Source: Adineta vaga (lineage: Eukaryota; Animalia; Rotifera). From it: 64,000 nt of DNA. Under the pieces are notes generated by a model that saw nothing but the letters and a program-made list of their open reading frames with translations, did no database searches and was not told the DNA's origin. The stretch spans positions 2,976,001 to 3,040,000 of the forward strand of contig CP075493.1 of NCBI GenBank assembly GCA_021613535.1. Reading direction: 5' to 3'. The translations under genes were made by a program, and so were the position numbers. Each line of letters starts with the position of its first letter. Position 1 is the first letter of the stretch. Of this stretch, positions 26,393 through 36,907 are shown one piece after another.

Positions 26393-27717
26393 ATGACTGA
26401 TTCTACTAAAATAATAAAAACGAAATTATTCATTGGAAATCTTGATCCAGCAACTCAACCAGGTATATACATTAGCTTTGAATTAATATGAATCTCATGA
26501 AATTTCTTCATATATTTAGAGGAATTAAATGAGTTATGTTCACCATATGGTACTGTTCTTGAAGCATCTGTGATCAAAGATTATGGTTTTGTCGTAAGAA
26601 ATGTTAAGAAAATATGATAAGTGTTTATCTTTGTCATTGTTTTCAATTAGCATTATGGTTCAATAGAGGAAGCTGAAAAAGCAGCATATGCTTTGAATAA
26701 TCGAGACTTTCATGGAAAGCGATTACGTGTTGAAGTAATTAATTTACATTATGTCTGAAATCTTATAAAGTAAACGTTTCTTTCTACACTTAGTTGTCAA
26801 CAAGTACAGTACGACATAAACCTGGTCAACCAGAACCGACAAGCTCTTTAAGACAGTAAGATAACCTGTATATTGAATATAGTAAGAACTTTTTTCTTCT
26901 TCTTCTAGTTCACGTGGTCGTTCAGGACCTAGAGGTCATAGCAATGGTGCATCTCGATATCATTCAGGTGCACCGAGTAATGGCGGTCCCATGCGTCATA
27001 GCTCTTCATCTTGGGCTCGGAATGAAGCTCGTCCTTACGGAAACTATCCAGCCAATCACGATGCATATGATCGACCGCGTCCGTATGATAATCGATCAGA
27101 TTCACGTCATTATTATGATGATCGACGTGTTAATGGTTACGATGCACCAGGTTATCTTGGCAGTAGTGGTAGTGATTTAGATGGTGCACGTCAATATCGT
27201 AGCTTACCTCATCCAGATGATTATAGTTCAAGCCGGTAAGAGAATTTTTTTTCTTCTTCCTTTTCTTTTAACGAGAAATATTTCAAAAACTTTAATCTTT
27301 CTAGATCTTATGATCGTCATTTAGAAGCACCGCCCATCGATCCATATTATAGTAGTGGATTACCTCATGGACCTCCACCACCTATGGATCCGTATCAAAA
27401 TTACGATCCATACCAAAAATATTATGCTAGCCGTCCTCGTGATCCAGAATATCCAGGTCAACGGTTAGTATTTCTTATTTATAGAATAGAAATTGAAGTT
27501 TTTCTCTCTTTCTTTTTCTAGAGATTATGATCTCTATTCTAATTATCGTAATGCACCTGGTCAAGTTCGACATGATTTACCTATTAACTTACATCCACCC
27601 CCTCCGCCACCACCACCACCTTCCCAAGGTGTCTATTCGAACTCTCATCGTCAACATCATTCATATGGAAGTAGTTCATCAAGTCTTGATCATTATTATG
27701 GTACTCGGCAACGTTAA
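26393..27717 (+). CDS. RRM RNA-binding protein, RBM4/lark-like (one RRM plus a Y/R/D/P-rich tail)
   Basis: Spliced RRM: TKLFIGNL..YGTVLEASVIKDYGFV|HYGSIEEAEKAAYALNNRDFHGKRLRVE|LST, followed by low-complexity exons ending at TAA 27717. Confidence 0.85.
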
Positions 27718-27935
27718 TCTCGAATTCTTGAACTAAAATCCATTTTAGTGTGTGTGTACATATATATATCAACTATTTGTCATTGTTTTTGTTTCTTATA
27801 TCTATTGAAACAGAAAAAGAAATTTCTACTTTGTACGATGTGTTCTCCTTAACTCATATTTTTTTTCTTGTTCATGTTTATGTTAGATGACAGAGAATAA
27901 GCGATATCAGATTCAAATTATATCAATCAATAATC

Positions 27936-28959
27936 ATGGAGAAAAAATCATTCCAGAATTTACGACGGTAAGTTAAACAACAAAGTGATTTATACTTTTC
28001 TTTTCTATCTTGTATTTTTAGCCATTAGTTCATCGATTGAAATCTAATAGTGAAGATGTTAATGTTGACATTTGTTTCGAAAATGATCAATTGATTATTC
28101 AACGAAATGATACCTCAAAGCTTTTATTTCGCGTAAGTTTCATTTTCTTCATTATTGAGATGCAAAACAAACGTGGTTTTTTTAACATTTGAATTCATTT
28201 AGCGTCCATCTTATTGTCCATTTACAAATTTGCATCTTCAAAATAAATCTTCGAGCATTCCTGTTAATCCATCGAATAATATTGCCGTTGGTGTTGTGAT
28301 ACTTTTTGAATCTCATGATCATTATGTTCTTTTGACTCGACGTGCAAGTCATATGCGAACATTTCCATCATGTTGGGTATGTCCGGGTGGTGGAATTGAA
28401 AGAAATGAAACAGTAAATCTTTCTTTTTTTTTCTTCTCCATTTTTCTATAGAATAATGAAATACTAAAAATTTAGTTAATACAAGCAGGTATTCGTGAAT
28501 TACACGAAGAAGTTGGTATTGAAGTCAATGAAAATGAATTGAAAACATCACGAATCTTAGGATTATGGGAGGTAAATATCAACAAAATTTATGTTCTTTC
28601 CCACTTCGAATCGCCTTTCTTAGTCAGCATTTCCAGTTGATCTTTCTCATGATCTTCCACGTCGTCATCATATTGTAGTTTATGTACATGTTCGATCTTC
28701 GAGAACAAGTAATGAAATCTCAATCAGAGTTGATCCAAATGAAGTTGATGCATATACATGGCTTTCATATGAACAAATCAGCCATATATCAAAACGTACA
28801 GATTTACAAAATTCATGTATGTTTAATGCACACATTTATCCATCAGGAATATGTGAATTATCATTTGATTTACTTACTAAAGCTGATTATAATCAAAAAG
28901 AAAATCTAACAAATGGTACACGTTTTGCACTTGAACAATTGTATCTTCTTCAGTCATAA
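27936..28959 (+). CDS. NUDT17: Nudix hydrolase 17
   Basis: RPSYCP; VLLTRRASHMRTFPSCWVCPGGGIERNET|LIQAGIRELHEEVGI (Nudix box); LGLWE|SAFP..LPRRHHIVVY; ENLTNGTRFALEQL. Confidence 0.9.
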
Positions 28960-29354
28960 TTAATTGTTGCTTTTTTATGTCTCCGCATAATTTAATATCA
29001 AATATCTTGATACAGCTATGGTTGCTGACAACATAATATCATTGACTTTTCCTTTTCTTATCATTAAGCCGAGATAGTTGACCTTCGTTCGGAAAATATC
29101 TCGTTGGTAAAGTAAATCTTGGTTACGTATATCCTGAAGTGATATTCCTATGCGTGTGGGTGTGTATGTTTTTTCTCTTCAAGGTTGAGAATCGATTTAT
29201 AAAATACGAAAAACAAAAAGTACAAATCGACGTCAATGTGTGCAAACTGTCAATCTGCATTAAATTTCGACTCTTTGTTTGATAATTTTTACCTCTTTTT
29301 CTTCTTCTTCTAGATAGATATATTCGAGTCATTCTTCTTGTCTAACGATTATTC

Positions 29355-30419
29355 ATGTCATCGTTCTCAGGCGAGTAAGACGTCTTTTTTCCATTTAATG
29401 AATGTAAGAAAAGAAAGTTTTGAATATTTTTCAGTTTTCTGATGAACCAAGGTCCTTGGTTTAGTGAAAAGAATGTTATAGCTGGCCTTTTAGCTGGCTT
29501 TTTTGGAGGTGAGATGGATGACAAAAAGATGTACTATTGAAAAAATAACGTATTTATTATTCAAGGTCTTGCATTTGGTTGGTTATTTAGTTCATCATTG
29601 TTTGTAAATAATAGTGTTAAAGTTGTTTCGAATGCATTTGATGCAAATAGAGATGAACGTGATGATGAACAGAGTGTAAGTTAAAAGAAATTAATAAGTT
29701 GAATCTTTACATAGTCTAAATTTAGTTTGAACCTGGATGTTCCGATGCTGATGGAGAATATAAAGTGATTATTTATTCTCGATATCAATTCGTATATATA
29801 AAATATGAAAATTTTAGATGGTGTTAGTTGTTAGGAATGATTTAAAAATGGGCAAAGGTAAATATTATTCGATAAGAGAGTGAGTTTATTCTTTTGTTTT
29901 GTAGGAAAAGTAGCGGCACAAGTGAGAATATTTGTAAACTAAGAAGAAAGAAACTTTTTTTATGAATTTTTCTTACAGTGTTCTCATGCGACACTTGGTT
30001 GTTTTCAAAAAGCATGTGAACAAGCTCCTGATGCTGTCGATACATGGTTTTCAGGTGGCCAAGCAAAAGTTGTTTGTAAATGTGAATCTGCCGATGATTT
30101 GTAAGAAAAAGCAACAAATATGTATTCGATTATAAGAATTTTCATCTAGAGAAGATTTACGACTTCAAGCAAAACGTAAAGGTCTTCCTACTTGTTTGAT
30201 TCGAGATGCAGGTATGAATGGACTTTTAAAAATCTATTTATTATTGATTATTTTCTCAGGACGAACACAAATTGAACCTGGCAGTAAAACAGTACTGGGT
30301 ATTGGTCCAGGTTTGTTAAAAACATGAATTTTATCATTGGAAAAATGAATTCTATTGATTTTATTTTAGCTTCTTCGAAGATGATCAACGAAATAACTCG
30401 ACATTTGAAATTATATTGA
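29355..30419 (+). CDS. PTRH2: Peptidyl-tRNA hydrolase 2 (Bit1), N-terminal membrane anchor
   Basis: Ten short exons give EYK|MVLVVRNDLKMGKG|KVAAQ|CSHA..GQAKVV..LIRDAG|RTQIEPGSKTVLGIGP|A..ITRHLKLY*. Confidence 0.92.
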
Positions 30420-30499
30420 TTTGTTTTTGTTTTCATTTCTGAACGAGAAAAAAAAACTCAAGAAAAAAGAAAGCTTCATCTCTCTATTCTATTTTTCAG

Positions 30500-31617
30500 A
30501 TGAGTGACACGGCAACACCAACAGTGTCATCTTTATCAGTATCAAATCGAAATACGATGACAGGACAAATCAATCATTTTGGCAAATATGTTAAACTTAA
30601 TGTTGGAAATCATTTGTTTTTAACTAGTTTTGATACTTTAACGAAAGAAGATACAATGTTTAAAGCAATGTTTAGTGGACGTATGGAAGTTGTACAAGAT
30701 AGTGAAGGTAGAAAGTTAAATTTTTAAAAAATTAACTAGACGTTTAAAATAGGTTGGGTATTAATCGATCGAGATGGTAAACATTTTAATTTAATTTTAA
30801 ATTATCTTCGTGATGGAACTATTAATCTTCCTGAATGTCCTCAAACTCTTAATGAATTATTACTGGAAGCAAAATTCTATTGTATAGAATCATTAATTGA
30901 ACTTGTTGAACAACAATTACGAAAAAGTTCAAGAAAAAATGCCGGTGATACAGATGCTTGTTGTAAAGTGATTATGTTAACATCAGCTAAAGAATTACCG
31001 AATATTGTAACAACAGTACGTAAACCAATTGTTAAATTAGCAATTAATCGACATAATAATAAATATTCATATACTGCGTAAGTGAGAGTGTCAAATTTTC
31101 GAATTGTTAAATGAATTCGATGATTATTTTTGTAGATCATCAGATGAAATGTTAATGAAAAATATTGAATTATTCGATAAATTAAGTATTCGTTTACATA
31201 ATCGAATATTATTTATCAAAGATGTAACTGGTAGTGAAGAAATATGTTGTTGGAGTTTTTATGGTAATGGACAAAAAATGGCTGAAGTTTGTTGTACATC
31301 AATTGTTTATGCAACTGAACGAAAACAAAATAAAGTATGAAAAGATTTGATTTCGATAAAGAATTGAAAAAGTATCAATCTTCATTTTCTCTTAGGTTGA
31401 ATTTTTTGAAGCAAGAATTTATGAAGAAACTTTAAATATTCTTTTATATGAAAATCGAAATGCATCGGTTGATGAAATCATTCGTGCGACAACACCACGT
31501 TTTGCTTCAGCAGCATTAACGGATGATGATTTAGATGAAGAACGAAGTGTAACAACAAGTACAGTATCAACAGCAACAGCAACAACAGCAACAAATCGTT
31601 CAACAAGAAAACGATGA
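30500..31617 (+). CDS. KCTD10: BTB/POZ protein of the BACURD group (KCTD10/KCTD13/TNFAIP1)
   Basis: [24 protein letters not shown]|[21 protein letters not shown]; [11 protein letters not shown]; EICCWSFYG; [18 protein letters not shown]|[19 protein letters not shown]. Confidence 0.93.
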
Positions 31618-31919
31618 GAGAATGAAAAGAAATTTCTTTGCATGTGTGTGTACCCTTTTTTTTCATGAACTAGATATAAACATATTATGAACGGTTGTAT
31701 TCAGTCAGTTAATTTATCTGTCGTCTCTTTCTCAATCTTCGTTTTATTTCTAACCCTAAAATATTTTTCTTGTGTTTATAGTCATTTCAATAACAATATA
31801 TAAAATAAACGTATTTTTACACATGAAACAGAATGAAAGAAAGAATTTATTTTCAATAATAAATCGAAAAATCAAAAAGTTTCATTAAAATATCTTATGT
31901 TCATTGCTTTAAGTTTCTT

Positions 31920-33267
31920 TTATTGTGTACTGTTGAATATAATGGTTTCCCAGGTAAGATCATTAGTTATTTGATTCGATGTAATATTATTTTTCAGCCA
32001 ACATTCTGCTGTATAATTATAATTATTATCTAAAGAAGTCTTTCGACTAGAAAATCCAACACAAGTTGTATCACGTAAACAGGAGATCTTGCAGTCTGAG
32101 ATATTGCCCCTATATGGATTTGCTGCACAGTCTTGTCCAGCTGAAGTAGGAATGTATATATTGCTTGTATACCATAGATTTAACCAATTAGCTGGGTAAT
32201 TAGGAAAAACTGCTCGTGTACAACCAGGACATTCACCGAAATTGTTTGTATCATATCTCCAATGACGTGAAAGATAATAACTTATGACTGATCGACATGC
32301 AGAAATATCGCAAGATACATTTGATGCTGTTGTAGGACTGACACTAATTTGAGCTGTATTTGTATTTGAATTGTTCATTCCTACAATATTTAAAGGTCAA
32401 GATATTTGGAGAAAGCGAATCAAATAATACATCCGAAGAATACTGTTGACAAAAGTCAATGTTTTATATTCAAAAATTAAGTAGATCAACTAGCTCATTC
32501 GAAGATAGTTCTCCAAAACTTAACGATTTTTCTCATCACTTACTAATGGTAGGTGTAGTGCCGATGAATACCGATGTTGTCTTTGATACAGACACGAAAT
32601 TGCTTGAAGTTGTTATCCGTGTGCTAACTGTTATTGTTGTTGTAATTCCTATAGTAAATGTTGTTTAAAGTAAGCAATTTGATACATATTGCATAAAAGT
32701 AATGCTCAAATCCATATCTTATTCTCGTACTGAAATTGATTGCTCTAGTACAGAAAGGTAATAATGATAGAGTATGATTTCTTTCTTAATTTTAAATCAA
32801 AATATAATGTATGTGAAATGATACGGTGGCACATTCTTTCTTTCTTCAAAATCTAGTTCGATTTTTTTGAAATATGTGATCTTTGATCTAACAAGAATAA
32901 TAATAATAATAATAAATACCTGATATTTGTATGTCTGTATTCTTCTTTGATCTGACCACTAGTACAGTGACAGCAGTTACTACAATAACAGCAACTGTAG
33001 TAAAAGTAAGAATAACATTTAGTAATGACATTTTCTTTGGTATGATCGAATGTCTATAAGAGAATATATTTTTTGGTTAATACGAAAAACAACATACTGT
33101 TTTGATTGTACTTCAACCGATGACGGGTTTTGATTATCCATTTGTGGTTGAACCTAGGATACCAAAGAAAAGATATACATATATATTCATCACACTACAA
33201 TCACTTGATTTGTTTATCATACAATATTGTGAAAAGTAGTTGGTGCTTTTGAATTATTGTTCAACAT
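31920..33267 (-). CDS. Type II membrane protein: TM segment, Ser/Thr-rich stalk, Cys-rich region and C-terminal PAN/Apple-like domain
   Basis: Spliced MLNNNSKAP..|VQPQMDNQ..|HSIIPKKMSLLNVILTFTTVAVIVVTAVTVLVVRSKK (TM), a Thr-rich exon at 32543-32649, and a last exon with DCKISCLRDTTCVGFS..CWLKNN. Internal small exons are uncertain. Confidence 0.65.
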
Positions 33268-34239
33268 TGTTTTCGCTCGGTTGAAGTCTATTAATGTGAA
33301 GATGAAGAGAATCTATCTGCAAAACAGACGAGCTATTTCTAAAGTTTATATTTACTTCTTGAAAATATTTCGTTTGGTTCGGTCTACATCTTTCCTGTCA
33401 ATCTTCTAATTGAATAGAATTAAATTATTGACATTTCATCACATTAATATACTTCACTTCAATCACAAAAACTCGTGAACGAAGCTATCTTTCCATCACT
33501 GAAATCTTAACAGCTAAATCCATTTTTTATTCAGTAGAATGCATCTTAATCTCGAACGAATGGTTTTACGATTGTACTTGATGAAGTATTTGAAAAGAAA
33601 GATTCTATCTTTGAATAAAATAAGATAGCACTAACGAGAAAAGTCCTGCGACATTCTACCTTTCATATTTATTATTCTAAAAAACATTTAAGAGAAAACG
33701 CAATGATGCCTCTAATTGTTCAACTATATACTTCAGTGGCGCAGTTATGTTTTACTCAAAAACACATATACACCCAAAATATTGATACAAATCAAGAAAA
33801 CTAATCTTTTCAATATGATTTCTTCAATGCAGAATTATGCTGAAGACAAAACTTTATAAACAGATTATTCTGTCTGGAAAAAAACTAAATACCTCTTGAT
33901 ACTAAAGTTGACTTAAACGTTTACAGATCTCGCAACTGTAGACGGTCTACGTATTTCATTTCTATTGGTAATCAGCAGTCTATATCTTCCAGAAACAAAT
34001 AGAAGAAATTATACTTTTTTTAGTAGTCGTTAATGTAAGAATTTTGTATTTTTTTACAATACTGAAGACTGTAAATGAATACATAAGGAAAAGAAGATTT
34101 CAAGAACTTTTAGAAAATATTTTTATGAGAGAATGTATTTAACAAACATTTATTTAGGGCAACAGAAATTGATTACCATATGACTAGATATTTTCTTTCA
34201 AACAATTATATTATGTGTTCGTATGTTATTTTTAAAATT

Positions 34240-35670
34240 GTTTTTTATAGATAAGCAATGTTTGCATATTTTATTGCAAGTTTAAAGTTCATAAGCAGAT
34301 GCGATATTGTTGTATGATATACCCAACAGATAATGATACTTTGGTAGATCTTTCTCGAAAATATTCAAAACCTTTTGATGATATTGTTATGCTTTTAAAA
34401 ATTGATTGTTGTAGTTCTTGTGTTGTTTTAGATAAATAATTCCAATAGAATTATAATTTGATGCGACAATTGGATCATCTGATTTAAATATTTGAAGTGA
34501 TTTTTGAAACTAAATCCTACTATTGCAATTTTACCTAATACATGATAATATTTCGCTAGATATTTCGGATCAGATGGAAATTTATCAAATCAGTAATTAT
34601 AATACTTTTGTGCTTCATCAAATTTATTCATTTTCAATAGGATATCACTGAACAAAACTAAAGAATCATCTCCATGATGATAAACTTCATTTAAATAATC
34701 AAATAATAATTTCATATGATGATTATGGACTGGTATATAATTTCAATCCAATAATCCAAATACCATCGTTGTTACAATGAATTTGAAATTAATATTTTGA
34801 ACTTCGAGTGCTTTATTCAATTGACGATAGAGAAATGATTGTCTTGTATACCATCACAAAGCTGCAGATGGACAATAATTCTGTTCGAATTCTTCAATCA
34901 GTTTTAGTTGTGATTGATTATCTTCATATTCATGCTTACAAAGAGAGATAGAAATTCATTCGAATGAGACAATCAATCAATAATTGAAAACAAATAAAAT
35001 GACCATTCATTTCATTAGTTGATTGACCTTCGTCAATACTTGTAGTGAGGATACTAATTGAGAGATTTTCATTCTTTTTCATCTGTTTTCATTGAAGCTG
35101 ATCAGTTAGATCATTCCAAGATTGAGCCACTGTTTTGATCTATAAGAAAAAAAGATAGTTTCTCCATCAAAGCTCAACTGAAAGACGTATTCGACATCTT
35201 ATTGTTACAAAATCGATATCAGTATAGATTATAAACGATATAGTGTATACTCATCAAGGTTAAATACCGAGAGTTGTTTACGTATCTAATATAGTCATTA
35301 TTTTAAATTTAAATATCCTCATTTAGTTTATAAGATATGTATACTCGCCGTATAATTACTACAGAAATATTTACATATCATATTAGCAAATAGTTCGGTC
35401 CATTGTTGATTTTCGTCTTTGTTCATACAATAGATATAAATTGAATATATTTGTTGTAGTTGATGTATCGAGGAAGAATGATTTGACCTAATGAACTATT
35501 AAAAATTAAAACAACGCGATCTTCTTCTGAGATGGATTGTATATATTCTTCACATTCACATTCATTTTCAAATATCTTCCAATAATAGATGAATGTCTGC
35601 AACTGTTGTTGAACTCTATGATTTTCTTCAAGAATATTTACTACAACATCGAGCCAAATGAGTTTGTCTG
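34240..35670 (-). pseudogene. Decayed ADP-ribosyltransferase/TPR gene of the expanded bdelloid family
   Basis: Minus-strand fragments KLIWLDV..QQLQTF, ECEEYIQSISEEDRVVLIFNSSLGQIILP, EYEDNQSQLKLIEEFEQNYCPSAAL*WYTRQSFLYRQLNKALEVQNI (TGG>TGA at 34854-34856) and TPR-like FSDILLKMNKFDEAQKYY..LAKYYHVLG. Several stops and frameshifts. Confidence 0.8.
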
Positions 35671-36097
35671 ATTTTCAATTTTGTTTTTGTTGATCCGAAG
35701 TTAAATTAAACATCGATGAAAAATCATATTGCTAAGAGAGCATGATAAGAAAACTGTGCCTAGTTAACCGTAACTTTAATTGATGTCTCACGTTTTTGTT
35801 TATATACATAAAACAAATACAAGTGTAAAAAAAAAGAATGACTTCATTTAGTAGTTAACAATCGACGAGAAAGATTGTTTTTCTTCACATAAGTAAGTAC
35901 CGATTAAATAAGGCGAAATTAACTCGTTATCAACTTACTGTAGATTCTTTAACAAATATCTTTTTTTGGACAAATACAACAATTCAATATAAGTTGTAAC
36001 GTCTAGTTTTTATTTATCGAAAACAGTTTTTCTTTTGACTTTTCAAATAAGATCATTTTTATTTTTCTCCATAACAGTAATTATAAAACGTCATCAT

Positions 36098-36599
36098 TTA
36101 TTGATCCTTTTTTGTTTTTGGTTTACGAACATCTTTAGGCGATGGTTTTGTAGATGAATTAGTTTTATTGCCATTCGAATCGATTGGTTTTTGCCATTGA
36201 ACAGGATTATTTCGATACATAGGCCATGGTGGAATAGTTAACTATAAAAAGAAAACATGATTTCGTATCGACTTATTTTAATCAATCCAATCACATACAA
36301 ACGCAGAAACTAATACTCCGAAGAGAACACTATAGATCGTCATACTAAATTGTTGCATCATATATCCAGCAAGAAAACCAATAAGCTATTGATAAAGAAA
36401 TAATGAGGAAAAAAAAACTCACAGAATGAGAATAAATGAAATGTCTTACACCAAAAAACACAATGATAACTTGGAATAATCGTTCGGCCATTTTTTGACC
36501 ACGAAAATCCTGAAAATAATAGAAAAAGAATTAAATAAAATAAGAACGAAATTTTGTCATTACCATATGGGTTGCAAACGGCCATTCAATATCGAGCAT
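36098..36599 (-). CDS. SPCS1: Signal peptidase complex subunit 1 (SPC12)
   Basis: Four exons: MLDIEWPFATHM|DFRGQKMAERLFQVIIVFFG|LIGFLAGYMMQQFSMTIY..|LTIPPWPMYRNNPVQW. Confidence 0.92.
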
Positions 36600-36907
36600 T
36601 TCTTTTTCAATAATTATATTCGAATATTCTGAAATAAAAACGCCTTAGTTAGTCTATGTAAGAAAATAAAAAAAGAAGAATCGCGTTTGATTAACTGACA
36701 CGCCATGAGTTCATACGATTGGTCCATCATTTACGGATGTCGCCACTATTTGATAAGTTTTTTCTTTCTTTCTTGAGAGGTTGTATCCATGGGAGATTAT
36801 TAGAATATGACAATAAAACTAGATGATTCACAATTTCTCTTTACATATTGACGTCAATAAGTAATATATTTAGTCGTAATATCGTATGATCAGACATTGA
36901 ATTTCAA

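Noticed and set aside
29069-29175. Plus-strand two-hairpin RNA with an Sm-like site (AAATCTTGG), as SL RNA or U5
   Set aside because: No bdelloid spliced-leader sequence and no U5 loop (GCCTTTTAC). The segment also fits a 5'UTR exon and intron of PTRH2.
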